A DNA stretch of 64,000 nt from Hemiscyllium ocellatum (taxonomy: Eukaryota): assembly GCF_020745735.1 (NCBI RefSeq), contig NC_083433.1:22889363-22953362 (forward strand), read 5' to 3'. Below, piece by piece: positions 13,076 through 27,180 of this stretch (position 1 is the first letter of the stretch; each line of letters opens with the position of its first letter). The notes beneath the pieces are model-generated. The model did no database searches and had not been told where the DNA came from. It worked only from the letters and a program-made list of their open reading frames with translations. Both the position numbers and the translations under genes were made by a program.

Positions 13076-14044
13076 CCGGACCAAGAAATTTTTAAAAATA
13101 GTTGTGATCTGACTGTAATATACAGACCACAGCCCCTCATTACTATATTGTTAAGCATAGCATATGGATTCTGACATTCACTTGAAATGAAGTACTGGGG
13201 AGGAGCCCTTTTCCATAAGTGACCACCTGCCTACCCATTCTCCCTCCTCAACGTTGTCAAGAAAAGAAAGAGAAGGAAACATTGAGCTTTGTCACCCTCA
13301 CTTCCCAAGAGTCTTCTGTGCAACGTGACATCTGCACATTTTTAGACTGAGAAAATGTCATCAATTTAATGACGGGAGCATTGGTGTGGGTTTGAATAAC
13401 ACTTTCTGTGCTGGAATGGAGTGACTGTCTCACCTGCTCAACCCACACACCAAGCCATCGCAGAGACAGAGAGGGAGGGTCTCAAATATAAAAACTTAAT
13501 TTAAAAAATTGGTACGGAGGGGAGGTAAACACAGACCATGTTTTTTAAGGGGTCATTTGCAGCCAAAACTCAAGGGTAACATGGTAACTCCAAAATTCCA
13601 ATGAAATATGCCACTTAGTATGGGTCTCAAGAACATGAAGAAACCTCAAGCTTGTTCTGTGATAGGATTCCAACCAAGCCATGGTTCAACCAAACTCCAT
13701 TGACCCAACTTAGATCCATAAACTTTAATATGCACATTCAACAAAGGTGTATCAATCTCGGTTTTTAATTTTGACATTGGCAACCTACCCTCCCTCCCTC
13801 AGCATCTGTTTTAGCAGCATTTTTTGAGGCAGAGAGTTGCAAATTCCTACTCCGCCCCCCCCCCCTCCCCTTTGTATGAAGAGGTACTTTCTGACATCAT
13901 CCCTGAGTGAGCTGGCTCTAATTTTAAGATAAAAGTCCCATTGTTGAAGACTCCTAACTGAGGAAGTAGTTGCTCTCCATCTCAATTGAGTTCTTTCATC
14001 TTCATAACGACACCTCAGTTAGCCAGCCCTTTAATCTTCTCCAC

Positions 14045-15110
14045 ATGGATATGGAAGGTTTGAGGTATAAAGAAAGGACTGGGACTTTTCACTGGAGTGT
14101 AGTAGCTTGAGAGGTGACCTTATAGAGGTTTACAAAATCATGAGGGGTATAGACAGTGTCTTTTCCCAGGATAGAGATTTCAAGACTAGGGGACATAGTT
14201 TTAAGTTGACTGGAGAGAATTAAGAAAAACATGAGGACCAAGTTTTTTTTTACACAAGGTGGTTCACATATGGTGGATGCAGGCACAATTACAACATTTA
14301 AAAGACATGGGTTTGGAGGGAAAAGGGCTAGGAGCAGTCATGTGGGACTAGTTAGGTTTGGGATCGTGTTCAGCATGGACTGGTTGGACCAAATACAAGC
14401 CCATTCTGAGCAACCTGCACGCATAGCCTTTCAGAAACTCCCAAACAGCAAGGCTGCTGAGAAACAGTGACCTGTGGAACCCACAGGGCCATGCAGTCAT
14501 ACAGTCTAGAAACAAACCCTTCAGTTCAACCAGCCCACATCCACCGTGTTCCCAAAGTAAACTAGCCCCATTTGCCCGTGTTTGGCCCATATCCCTCCAA
14601 ACCTTTTCTATTCAAGTACTTATCCAAATGTCTTTTAAACTTTGTAACTGCACCTGCATCCACCACTTCCTCTGGTAGTTCATTCCACACACGAACCACA
14701 CTGTGGTAAGTAATTGCCCCTCATGTCCTTAAATCTTTCACCTCTCACCTTAAAAAATGCTCCCAAGTTTTCACCTCCCCAACCTAGAGAAAAGACCTTT
14801 GTTATTCATCTTATCTATGCCCCTTATGACTTTATAAACCTCAATAAAGGTCACCCCTCAACCTCCTACACTCCAGTGAAAAAGGACCCAACCTCTCCTT
14901 CATAACTCAAACCTTCCATTTCCAGCAACATCCGGGTAAATCTTTTCTGAACCCTCTCCAATTTAATATTACCCTTCCTATAACAGGACGACCAGAACTG
15001 CGCACAGTACACCAGAAGAGGCCCTGCCAGTGTCCTCTATAACCTCAACATGACATCCCAACTCTTATACTCAAAAGGTCTGAACAATGAAGGCAAGCAT
15101 ACTAAACATT
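14045..15110. mobile_element. Two CR1 3' fragments in opposite orientation (+ ~14045-14390, - ~14495-15110)
   Basis: gaggtgaccttatagaggtt on + strand; CR1 3'UTR and ORF2 end on - strand. Confidence 0.8.
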
Positions 15111-16429
15111 TTTCTGGGAGAAGGCAGGGTTGGAGCAGCTGATTCCGAGTGGGAGGAGAGTGACGGGCCTGAAGGAAAGGATCAGCCAACTAGGCTGTGA
15201 GGCTGAACTGGCAACAGACCAAAGAAAAATGCCGCAGCAGCTGTGACCATATCCACTTACAGGAGAAAATCAAAACCAATCAACAGAGACCAAACAGTAG
15301 CACAGACAGCTGAGAGAGAGGCTGCCCTTGCCCACAAGGAAGGGTTAACCCCTTCAGGAATGTCGAGTTGGAGTGGAGAAATCCCAGAATATAATTGTCC
15401 CGCTCAATTCCAGGGGCACAACTTATTATTAACTCATTGCTCTATATCATGCAGGGTTCCCCTCCCAGTTCCTACCCCCTTGCCACCAATCATTGCCCCC
15501 CTTCCAGTCCTTGTTAAATATTGATCTTGGAGCAAAGAAACAGGCCATTTGGCCCAGTAAGTCCATACTAGCTCCACAGGTGTTTTCCCATCTGACCCTA
15601 TCAGCGTATTGTGTTACTTTCTCTTAAATACATCTGAACTATTCACATCTTCGTGAGAGCAAGTTCCAGACTGTGGGTATAAAGCTTTCTCATCAATTCC
15701 TTATTACATTTATTAGTTCGCTCAGATTTGAGAGTGTTAGCTTTGGACAATGAGGCCCTGTGGTGCAGTGAACAGAAAGTCTCAAGTTCAAGCCACGCCC
15801 CAGAACTTGTTAGCTAAGGAAAGTGTATTCATAATGCAGCCAAACGGGTTATTCTTCCAACCAGCAGGTGGTAAGTACAGGAGAGATTCCTGAGCCAGCC
15901 TTTAAATAAAATCATTTCATGGGATATCAGCATCATTGCTGCCCAGAACTGAATGGCTTGCTTGGTAGTTTCAAAGATGGTTATAAGTCACCTGCAACGC
16001 TGTGGCCTACACCTGGTAGATTTTCTTCCCTAACAGGACATTGCTAAACTAGAATAATCCATGGTCACCACTAGTTTTCAACTTCCAGATTTATTCATTG
16101 AATTCCAAAATTTCAGCAGCTGCTATGGTGGGATTTGAAGCCATGCATTAGCCTGAGCCTCTGGATTATAAATTGAGTTACATTGCCACTAGACCACTAA
16201 TGGGAAGGAACCAGAGTCTCACCATTACGATACACATGACTGCAACATGCATATAAAAAATAACAAATAACCCAGAAAGTCAGGGAGCCTGTAGTTCTCC
16301 ATTGGCAGAGGCATTGCCATGGAGAAAATGGCTAATCAGTATCCTTTTCTTCTGTTATAAAAATTGTTGGGAAGTTTTAGAATTTGGCATTCTTCCATTT
16401 GTCCTAATGAAAAGATTTCTCACCTCATA

Positions 16430-17375
16430 AAGCCATACAGCACGGAAACACACCCTTCAGTCCAACCAGTGCATGCCGAATATAATTCCAAACTAAACTA
16501 ATCCCACCTGCCTGCTCCTGGCCCATATCCCTCCAAACCTGACCTACTCATGTACTTATTCAAATGTGTTTTAAACTTTGCAGTTGTACCCGCATCCACC
16601 ACTACATCAGGAAGTCCATTCCAAACACAAACTATCCTCCATGCAAAACATTTGCCTCTTCAAATCTTTTTAAAATCTCTCTCCTCTCAACTTAAAAAGC
16701 TGCTCCCAAGTGTTGAAATTCCCCATCTTAGGGAAAAGGCAACTACCATTAACTCTATCTATACGTCTCATTATTTTATAAATATTCTATCAGGTCACTT
16801 CTCACCCTCCTAAACTCCAGTGAAAAACATCCCAGCCTTTCTTTACAACTCAAACCTTCCATACCCACAACATCCTGGTAAATCTCTTCTGAATCCTCTC
16901 AAGCTTAATTATATCCTTTCTGTAAATAGGTGACCAGAAATGGACACAGTATTCCAGGAGAGGCCTCGCCAATGTCCTGTACAACCTCAACATGACTTTC
17001 CAACTCCTATACTCAAAAGGACCGAGCAATGAAAACAAGCTTACCAAATGCTTTTTTAACCACCCGTCCATATGTGACGCAAACTTCAAAGAATTATGCA
17101 CCTGCATCCGTAGCCCTGTGTTCTATAACATTACCCAGTGCCCTACCACTAATTGTATAAGCCCTATTCTTGTTTGTTGTACCAGAATGCAATACCTCGT
17201 ATTTCTCCAGATTGAACTCCATCTTCCATTTTCCAACCCATTGACCCATTTGATCAAGATCCCTTTGTAATCTTAGAAAACCTCCATCACTATGTACTAT
17301 GCCACGAATTTTGGAGTCGTCCACAAACTTACTAACCATGCCTTCTATATTCATATCCAAATCATTTATATAACT
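16430..17375 (-). mobile_element. CR1 LINE fragment (RT to 3' end)
   Basis: ORF pieces SKFVDDSKI, LQRDLD and RPLLEYCVHFWSP. Confidence 0.88.
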
Positions 17376-17639
17376 GACCAGGAATCAGGCCCACCAAAGT
17401 CTACCCCAGGTCGCTATTTAATGAGATGATTTGCTAATAACAGCTAAGACCAATAGGATGCACTTAGAGAATGTTTTTTATAGGCCTTAGACATTTCTCC
17501 CAAGCAGTGTATGCCTTAGAAGGGAAAAGTGTGTGTTTTAGGCACCCCAAGTAACAGAGTAGACAAGACCAGGTTATACCTGTGGGTGATAAGCGAGGGT
17601 GATCAAAGGTGCCCCAGCTCCCACATCTGTACCAGGGCA

Positions 17640-18470
17640 CCATAAACCTATGCCCTCTAGTTCTGGACTCCCCCACCCCAGGGAAAATACTTTGTCTATT
17701 TACCCTATCCATGCCCCTCATGATTTTATAAACTTCGGTAAGGTCACCCGTTGGCCTCTGCTCCAGGGAAAACAGGCCCCTCATCCTTCTAAACTCCATC
17801 GAGTATTGTCCCATTCCTCATGTTAATTTCATTCCTGGGTTCATTCTCATGAATCTCCTCTGGACCTGCTCCAGGACCAATACATCCTCCCTGAAGTATG
17901 GGGACCAGAATTGCTCTCAGTTCTCCAAATGTGGCCTGCATATAGGGAATGAGCTACCTGTGGAAGTGGTGGGGACTGGTACAATTGAAACATTAAAAAG
18001 ACATCTGGATAAAGGGATATGGGCCAAGTGCTGCAAATGGGATTAGATTAAGTTTGGATATCTGGTCAGCGTGGATGAGTTGGACCCAAAGGATCTGTTT
18101 CCGTGCTGTATATTTCTACGACTCTATGACTCTATCCTGTTGAGACTTGGACAGAGTGGACATTGGGAAGATGTTTCCATTGGCAGGAGGGATGAGGAAC
18201 AAGGGCACAGCCTGAGAGTAAAGGGAAGACCTTTAGAATGGGATAAGAAGAAACCTCAGAAGTACAACCCTGCTTTTATATTCTAGTTCTCTCAAGATGA
18301 GTGACAACATCGTATTTGCCTTCCCAATTACTGACTCAGCATGCAAGTTTACCTTAAGAGAATCCCGGACTAGGGCTCCCAAGTCCCCTTGTACTCCAGC
18401 TTTCTGAATTTTCTCCCCATTTAGAAAATAGTCCTTGCCCCTATTCTTCCCATCAAAGTGCCTGACCTCA
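17640..18470. mobile_element. Cluster of short CR1 fragments in mixed orientation
   Basis: GDLTEVYKIMRGMDRV..SRTRGH on - strand, CR1 3'UTR on + strand, LKVNLHAESVIGKAN on - strand. Confidence 0.75.
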
Positions 18471-19069
18471 TACACGGGATCTTTGATTTTAAACAGGTAG
18501 AGTGGGACTTAAAAGAATGAATGTGAGCACCACGACAAGGTGCCTGGATAGATTTAAATCATGAAGGGGTTACATTCAGGTTGGCTGTTTCTGTGAAGAC
18601 CCCCATTTGTGTTTGTCAGATTTAAATCCAATAAATTAATGCCAATTTTTCACTCGCATTTACCCCCAACTCACTGCAGCCCAGTATTTCAAAACAAAAC
18701 TAAATTCTGAACATTTTAAACTCATTCAAAGATTGTGATGTAAGATTTTTCTAACTAAAAACCACAGAAGGAGACAATGCGCAGGTTTGTCAGTCAATAA
18801 TACTGCCTGCTTAAAGGATGTAATAGAGAAGAAGTGTACTTTATTGGTTTTAAGTTAAATAGTATAATTGCTGGTTTGCATTACACTGGCCAGGACTTGT
18901 AGCCCATTGGGTGTGGAAGGCCTCACATAAAGATGCACACTGTGGATTCACACCACAATCCCTTCCACAGCTTGGCTCCAGTCTGGACCTTCCTGTGTAG
19001 CCCACAGGGAGGTTCCTAGACTGGCCTCCTTACATTAGGTGGTCAAAATTCAGGAATGGGGATTTTATG

Positions 19070-19757
19070 ATTCTATGATCCCATCAGTGTAGAAATAGGC
19101 CAACCTACTGACCTTCTGAAGAGTAACCCACCCACACCCATTCCCCTACCCTATTATCCTATATTTACTCCTGAATAATGCACCTAACCTACACATCCCT
19201 GAACTCTATGGGGCAATTTAACATGGTCAATTCACCTAACCTGCACATCTTTGGATTGTGGGAAGAATTGGAGAAAAGAAGGTTTAGGGGTGACTTGATA
19301 GAGGTGTACAAGATGATTAGGGGTTTAGATAGGGTTGACCATGAGAACCTTTTTCCACGTATGGAGTCAGATATTACGAGGGGGCATAGCTTTAAATTAA
19401 GGGGTGGTAGGTATAGGACTGATGTGAAGGGTAGATTCTTTACTCAGCGAGTCCTGAGTTCATAGAATGCCCTGCCAGTAACAGTGGTGGACTCTCCCTC
19501 TTTATGGGCATTTAAATGGGCATTGGATAGGCATATGGAGGAAAGTGAACAAGTGTAGGTTAGGTGGGCTTGGATTAGCGCAACATCGAGGGCCAAAGGG
19601 CCTGTACTGCACTGTATTTTTCTATGTTCTATGTTCTAAACCCATGCAGACATAGGGAGAACGGGCAAACTCCACACAATCACCTAAGGCTAGAATCGAA
19701 TCTGAGTTCATGGCACTGGGAGGCAGCTGTGCTAACCACTGAGCCACCGTGCTGCCC
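19070..19757 (-). mobile_element. HE1-like SINE interrupted by a young + strand CR1 3' fragment (~19268-19637)
   Basis: The SINE V-domain is split at gggaagaa|...|aaaccc. The insert reads LEKRRFRGDLIEVYK and ends in (ttctatg)n; it is the same family as the 45.6-48.4 kb CR1. Confidence 0.85.
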
Positions 19758-19889
19758 TAATGCTACCCCCTCAGATGTCGAGGAGGCAGCAATTTCCTCC
19801 AGAGAGGAGAAGAGGGGCCAGGGATATAGAGAATGCAGTCTGGTCCAGGCTGTCCGAGGGATGGTGGGTGGAGATGCAGGAGGTGGTAC

Positions 19890-20036
19890 CTGTGCTGCTG
19901 CGTTGCTGCTTCTCTGTTGCTCCTCCACAAGCTGCCTCCGCCGCTCCAGCAACACGTCATGCTCTTGCTGCAGTTGGGCCTGGTGTAGGATCTCCTTCAG
20001 CTTGCCGGGCTGCAGCTGTGACTCCAGAGCTTTCAC
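19890..20036 (-). CDS. TFAP4: TFAP4-like exon 5 (Q-rich)
   Basis: tttttttttacttcag acceptor; VKALESQLQPGKLKEILHQAQLQQEHDVLLERRRQLVEEQQRSSNAAAQ. The GTACCA donor is weak, so the 3' boundary is slightly less certain. Confidence 0.85.
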
Positions 20037-20764
20037 CTGAAGTAAAAAAAAAGGTCAGAAAGCCAATGGGTCAGCTGCCGACGTGACTCCACAGAGTGAT
20101 ACAGCACGGATGTTCAGCCCGTCAGCTCTTTGCAAGTGCAATCCAATGAGTTCTATTCTGCTCTTCACCCTCCAGCCCCTGAATCCTATCCCCACATTCT
20201 TGGAACCCTTCTTTAGTTTTTGGGGCTTCTTCACCCCAAACTAAGACTGGGTGCAACGTATGTGCGCAGTATGTGTAATGATGAGTGTATCTTTGGGGAG
20301 TTGTGGATGGTAATGGATGGTTGAGTGTGGCTGTTCTGGATGTCCACATGTATCTGTGGCATTATGATCTGGATACACACTTCATTCCTCAGCTGCAGTC
20401 CAGATTGGTTCCTGTGTCCACACAATCCAGGAGCAGCGGTGGGACTGGGGACACTGACAAGAACTCAGCCTGTGTTTCTCTGCAATGGAGCAAGTCCAGG
20501 CTGCAGTGGCACTCTCCCAGCTCTAGGGGGACTCCACGCTGTCATTTTGGTGGGGAGGGCCTCACACACTTCAGTCAGAAGTGGGGGAGACAATGTCAAG
20601 TCAGTGGAAGTGGGCACCGTGTGAGGAACGTAACCAACAATCTGAGGAGCTGGAGTCTGCTGCCAAGTACAAAGCCCGAGGGCAGGCCAGAGGGCCACGT
20701 CACAGACAGATTGTGGAGGGAGGCATGGCCCCAGCAGCCTCTGAAGCAAAGGACCAAAACAAAC

Positions 20765-20911
20765 CTTCTCTTCCAGTGTGATCCGGATCAGCCTCTCCTT
20801 CTCCAAGTGCTGCCTTAGCTCAGCCAGCTCTTCATCCGCGGAATCCGGAGAACCGATCCCTTCGTCGGATTCGTCGCCTCGTTTCCGTTTTGGGGAGGAG
20901 CCTGAGTATTC
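20765..20911 (-). CDS. TFAP4: TFAP4-like exon 4 (NLS-like PKRKR, DEGIGS degron-like motif, zipper 2)
   Basis: EYSGSSPKRKRGDESDEGIGSPDSADEELAELRQHLEKERLIRITLEEK; AG/GT boundaries; 147 nt. Confidence 0.94.
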
Positions 20912-23037
20912 CTGGGTTTGGGAGCAGGTATGGGGAGGAAGGAGGAAAATAGAAACCATGTCTGTACAAGGCTCAGTTGGCAAGGATGACCAGACCACAG
21001 AGACATTGCGATACAGAACACACCAACAACAGCATTCCAAACATTAGGTTTTGAGGAGGGATTGCATAAATGAGCTGTGCCTGGGGAGGTGATCTGATTA
21101 CAGTTTTTAAGGACTTTGAATAAACACAGGGTAAAGAGAGAGTCACTTACCTCCCGGTGAGAGAGGTCCAATGGACATTAAATTAAAAGGAAAGCTAGGC
21201 CAATCAGGAGGGAACTATTTTTAACCAAAGGCTGGTGGAAGTGTGAAATAGCACAGCAATTAAACATTTTAAATCAGAGATTGATTTTTTTTTCAATGGG
21301 AATAGAGGGATATTGGAGCAAAGGTAAATGAATTGAATTAACACACAGATTTGTCACAATCGCATTGATTGGTGGAATAGACTAAAAGGGCCGAATGGCC
21401 CCCGGTTTCAATATTCTAAAGAGTTGCATCTGAGGGATATCCCAAAATGAGGGATATCAATGGAACCAGGTTGATTTTTCGTATCCAATATGAGGCACTC
21501 CAAGACCAGCTGCACAGTACATTACCTGCTACCCTGATCCAGCACTGTCCTGTTCAGGAGGAAAAACATCAGCTAAGTGACCCAAAACTTACAAAGATCC
21601 ACATGGTAGAACAGAATTTGAACACTGCTGAAAACAGTGACAACTTGCTGAAGTTCTTTTTTTGTCTTTCACTAATCAGGACAAATTTCAGACCATCACA
21701 ATTTATACGACAGCAGAAAAGGAGACTGATCGGTCAGTAAGTTGGCTCTGCTTAGTTTTGGTGCTGCCATGGATACAGCATCAGGAAATCATGTGCTCAC
21801 CAAACTTCTGCCAAAAGAAAGGCTCAAAGCTTGAACAGCTTCCTCAAACTAGCTACCAATTTAAGGTAATCAGTTGAGCTCATAACTTGGCTCACTTCCA
21901 CTGGTGGCGTACAATCTTTTACAGGAACACATCCTCTGCAAACAAAAGGAATATGTCCAGCCTTGCACCTTGGCATCAAGAGCAAACAAGGACAAGGGCA
22001 ATTCATAAATACTTCGCTTGGGGTGGGATGGGTGGGTAATGACACAGTGCTAAAGAATAAGGTCCTTATTCCACACAAAACAGCCGCCCACTCACTGTCC
22101 TTCGAATTTAACAGCTCAAGTATTTGGATTCTGCAATTTAAATGGTATAAAAATGATAAAAGGGTCTGATCAGGGTGAATGTGGAGAAGAGGTTTTCACT
22201 TGTGGCAAAGTCCAAAACAAGGGGACAATCTCCATCAAACAGCTATCAACAAATCCAACAGAAAATTCAAGAGAAACCTCTTTTCCCAGAGAGTAGAGAA
22301 GAACAATACATACTTTTAAGGGGAAGTGAAACCACTGTGGGATGAAAAGGAGGGTAGGCTGATACCTGAGATGAACGAGGCTGAGAACAGGTTTGTGTGC
22401 AGCATAATGTCAGACATGGACACATTGAGGTGAATGACCTGTTAGTGAAAAATTCTACTCAAGCTGTATAATGGAGAGCTGGGGGCTCCAGTCTCGGAGG
22501 GGTTTCTGAAAAACTGTCTCTCTGTCGGTTTCGCTGCTCTTGTTGTTTCACAGTCGGACGGGCAGCAGTTTCAGGCGATGACCAGCTGAGAAAGCAGCTG
22601 CTCTGGCAGCTGTGGCCCATTCCCAGTCAGACAGACAGTCAGTCAATCAGCACACACAAAGCAACACAGAAATAGTGGCAATGGAACAGAAATCAGATCA
22701 GCGCCGCTTTCTGTAGCTGCTCATTTTCCCAATCAGATCAGCATTTTGTTCAAACAGGATGGTAGAAGGTAAAGCCAGATAATTTAGAACTCCCTCCCTT
22801 AACACAATCTCAGAGGATTTTATAAACCGCTGAGCTTTAATCATACACCTTTACTTAGAGTTCTTAAATATTCAATACTGTGAAATGTTGCCCTCACTGA
22901 AATACCTAATGCACAGAAAAAGGCCACTTGGCTCAGCAGGTTCTGGATCACAAATATAAAGTGGTGATTAATAAAATCATGAAGGATTTCTGAAGAAGCT
23001 TCCAGAGAGTGGTGAGAGTATACTATCACCCGGATTT

Positions 23038-23350
23038 GGGGGCGGCACAGTGGCACATTGGTTAGCACTGCTGCCTCACAGCGTCAGGGTCTCAGCTTTG
23101 ATTCCAGCCTCAGGTGACGGTCTGTGTGGAGTTTGCACATTCTCCCTGTGTCTGCGTGGGTTTTTTCTGGGTGCTCCGGTTTCCTCCCACAGTCCAAAGA
23201 TGTGCGGGTTAGGTGAATTGGCAATGCTAAATTGCCCGTAGTGTTACGTGCATTAGTCAGAGGGAAATGGGTCTGGGTGGGTTACTGTTCAGAGGGTCGG
23301 TGTAGACTGGTTGGGCCGAAGGGCCTGTTTCCACACTGCAGGGAGTCTAG
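23038..23350 (+). mobile_element. HE1-like V-SINE
   Basis: Full head, V-domain and tail. Confidence 0.88.
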
Positions 23351-23554
23351 TGTTAACAGCACCAATGGATTGAAGATATAGCAGAGGAACAGAAGGATCT
23401 GCTGCTGATAGGTTTAGATGAAAACAATTTGAATGTGAAGCATAATTCTCGGCAGAGGTTTAATGAATGCTGTGTTGCACGGTCCACATCTTTCTGTTCC
23501 CCTCTAAACATATCCAAGTCACACTCAAATTTAACAAAAGGAATCCATTCTATC

Positions 23555-23930
23555 AGGAGATGTGGATGTCATTGGCAAGGCTGACATTTATTGCTCATCC
23601 CTAATTGTCCTTGAACTGTTTGGCTATCTGGACCACCCCAATTAAAAGTCAACCACATTTCTGTAGGTCTGGAGTCACATGTAGGCCAGGCCAGATGGGG
23701 ACAGCAGATTTCCTTCCCTAAAAAGGACATTAGTGAACCGGATGAGTTTTCGCAACAAATTGACAATAATCACCACTGTCACCATTATTGAGACCAGCTT
23801 TATGTTCTAGACAATTTTTTTTAAAGGAAATCATTGGTTGAATTTAAATTCCACCAGATGCTGTACCAGTGTCCCCAGAACAATAGCCTGACCCTCTGGT
23901 TCACTAGGTCGGGAACATTACCACAGTGCA
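23555..23930 (-). mobile_element. Second shark SINE-like family (copies also ~15915-16200, ~32245-32670, ~49370-49590)
   Basis: Shared core gtctggagtcacatgtaggccag..atttccttcccta..ggacattagtgaacc in several dispersed copies. Confidence 0.65.
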
Positions 23931-24599
23931 ACTGTCAAGTGCTCAAAGCTGCATTCCCATCAACAGAAAACTACAGGTCCCCCAAGCTTCCATGTCATCC
24001 ACAAAAGGCAGAAGGCTGGATATATATTCCTTCGGTTTGCAGAGAATGGGTCCCTGATTGTTTGAAATTTAGCATTCTTGCCTTGATCCTGATGAGTGCA
24101 AGATGAAAAGATTCAGCAACAACCCACTTTCCAGCAATATTCAGTTAAGGGTTTGTAGGCATCTAATCATTGATAATTTATATTGTTAGGGAGACCAGTG
24201 ACCACAGAAAACAGGGCCTTGTATATATAACTTTCAGTACATGCAAAAGGGCCACATTGAGAAGCTGACTAGCCACAGCCAGGAAGACCATGTGCCCAAA
24301 AAAACTGAACAAAGTAGCTGACAGCTATCATCTGGTCCGTTTCTCAGGGCAATGCCTTGACAAAAATCAGCGTCAACCTGCCAAGTTTAAGTTAAAGCAA
24401 AGCCTGGCAGTTAACTATCAATCATCATCTAACTGGTGCATTCCCCGTGTCAACGGCTTTACCCATTAGCATTTGCTTGCTAACCCACCAGTGCTATATG
24501 CACACACAGGATCAAAATGTTGCTCCCCTTTGCGTCATAATTTCATGTGATACATCTCAATGAATACAACGGGGAAAAGCCTTATTTTATTTCTAGTAG

Positions 24600-27180
24600 G
24601 CACAGAACCATAGAATTCACAGTACAGAAGGAGGCTATTCAATTGTGTCTGTACCAATTCCTGAAAGAGCTACCCAACTAGTCTCATCCTCCATAGCTCT
24701 CTAAATTCAATTGTCTATCCAACTCTCTGTTGAAACCTCCAATGGAAACTGCGTCCACCTCTCTACCAGGCAGTGCATTCCAAATCCTAACAACTCTCCG
24801 ACTAAGGACATTTCTCCTCATTTCATTCCTAGCTCTCGTGCTGACAATCTTGAAACTCCAGATACTGATGTACCAAATAGTGGAAACAGAATATCCTTCT
24901 TTACCCTCTCAAAATTGTTCATAATTTTAGTCTTCTCTGCTCCAAGAAGAATAAGCCTAATTTCTTGAATCTTTCCTTATATCTAAAATTCCTCATTGGT
25001 AGCATCATTCTCGTAAACACTCTTTGAACTCCATCCAGGGCTTTAACATTCTTCCATAAATAAGGCGCCCAGAACAGAACACAAAACTCCAAGTGTAGTC
25101 TGACCAATGATTTGTCGAAGTGTAGCATCACTTCCTTGCTTTTATACTCTACACTTCCATTTAAATGCGAGGTGCTGCATTTTGGGAAAGCAAATCTTAG
25201 CAGGACTTATACACTTAATGGTAAGGTCCTAGGGAATATTGCTGGATAAAGAAACCTTGGAGTGCAGGTTCATAGGTCCTTGAAAGTGGAATCGCAGGTA
25301 GATGGGATAGTGAAGAAGGCATTTGGTATGCTTTCCTTTATTGGTCAGAGTATTGAGTACAGGAGTTGGGAGGTCATGTTGCGGCTGTACAGGAAATTGG
25401 TTAGGCCGCTGTTGGAATATTGCATGCAATTCTGGTCTCCTTCCTATTGGAAAGATGTTCTAAAACTTAAAAGGGTTCAGAAAAGATTTAGAAGGATGTT
25501 GCCAGGGTTAGAGGATTTGAGTTATAGGGAGATGCTGAACAGGTTGGGGCTGTTTTCCCTGGAGTGTTGGAGGCTGAGGGGTGACCTTATAGAGGTTTAC
25601 AAAATAATGAGGGACATGGATAGGATAAATAGGCAAAGTCTTTTCCCTGGGGTCGGGGAGTCCAGAACTAGAGGGCATAGGTTTAGGGTGAGAGGGGAAA
25701 GATATAAAAGAGACCTAAGGGGCAACTTTTTCATGTAGAGGGTGGTACATGTATGGAATGAGCTGCCAGAGGATGTGGTGGAGGTTGGTACAATTGCAAA
25801 TTTAAGAGGCATTTGGAGGGGGATATGAATAGAAAGGGTTTGGAGGGATATGGGTTGGGTGCTGGCAGGTGGGACTAGATTGGGTTGGGATATCTGGTCG
25901 GCATGGACGGGTTGGACCGAAGGGTCTGTTTCCATGCTGTACATCTCTATGACTCTATAAACCCAAGGATCCTAACCCCAGGTCAGGCGAATGGGCCATG
26001 CTAAATCGCCCATAGTGTTGGGTGCATTAGTCAGTGGGGAATGGGTCTAGGTGGGTTACTCTTCAGGGTGTCGGTGTGGACTTGTTGGACCAAAGGGCCT
26101 GTTTCCCTTCTAATCTAATCTAATCCTATAAACCTTGTTAACTAATGTTTCAATTTGCCTGGCCACCTTCAGAAATCATGCAGGTGAATCATACTCCTGT
26201 ACTCCCCTCAAAGTTTTACCATTGAGCCTGTATTGTCTCTTCGTTTCTTCCACCAAAAGGCAATACCTCACATTTCTCTGCATTGAAATTTATCTGTCAG
26301 GTGTCTGCCCATTTGACCCATCAGTGTCCCTCTGAAATACAGAAGTTGGGAGGTCATGTTGCAGCTGTACAGTACATTGATAAGGCCACTTTTAGAATAC
26401 GGTGTTCAATTCTGGTCTCCCTGCTGTAGAAAAGATGTTGTGAAATTTGAAAGGGTGCAGAAAAGATTTACAGTCATTTTGCCAGAATTGGACGGTTTGA
26501 TCTATAGGGAGAGGCTGAATAGGGTGGGGCTATTTTCCCTGGAGTATCGAAGGCTGAGGTATGACTTTATTCAGGGCAATCTCAATTATCCAAATGACAT
26601 GGCAGGGAGTATTTTGTTCGGATAATCAAACTTTCAGATAATCAAATGTTCAGATAACACAGTTTACTCAAGCATTGGAACCTTGAGATCTTGTTCGGAT
26701 AATCCGAAATTTGGAAAAGCGATGTTCAGATAATCGACGTTGTACTGTAGAGGTTTATAAAATCATGAAGGGCATGCATAGAGTGAACGGCCAAAGTCTT
26801 TTTCCCAGGGTAGGGGAGACCAAAACTAGAGATCACAGGTTTAAGGTGAAGGGAGAAAAGATTTAAAAGGGACATAAGGGGCAACTTTTCATGCAGACGG
26901 TAGTGTGGGTATGGAATGAGTGCCAGAGGGAATGGTAGAGACTGGTATAATTACAACACTTAAAAAGGCATCTGGATGGGTATACGAATAGGAAGAAACT
27001 AAAGGGATATGAACCAAATGTTGGCAAATGGGACTGGATTAATTTAGGATATCTGGTCGGCATGGACAAGTTGGACCGAAGGGTCTGCTTCCATGCTGTA
27101 TAACTAAATGACTCTACAGACCACTCGACATTATCCTCACAATTCATTATTCTCCTTAGCTTAGTATCATCTGCAAATTT
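24600..27180. mobile_element. Nested CR1 cluster: old - strand CR1 hosting + strand CR1 copies (~25165-25958, ~26337-27118) and a partial HE1 SINE
   Basis: ORFs 25262-25738 (+), 24919-25131 (-) and 26356-26625 (+) all carry CR1 ORF2 C-terminal motifs. Confidence 0.82.
26572..26747. mobile_element. Tigger/pogo-like MITE inserted in a CR1
   Basis: TIRs CAGGGCAATCTCAATTATCC / CAGATAATCGACGTTGTACTG followed by TA. It interrupts the CR1 motif gacctta|tagaggttt. Confidence 0.75.

Noticed and set aside
20465-21040. 191-aa ORF and overlapping + strand ORFs (20285-20818 etc.)
   Set aside because: Contains exon 4 plus intronic read-through; the antisense ORFs have no recognisable motifs.
22455-22620. 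Short - strand ORF (MGHSCQSSCF...) as an extra exon
   Set aside because: No homology and no clear splice sites; exons 3 and 4 already join in frame as in AP-4.
23038-23110. tRNA gene
   Set aside because: The A/B boxes belong to a SINE head and run into the V-domain; there is no full cloverleaf or T-run terminator.
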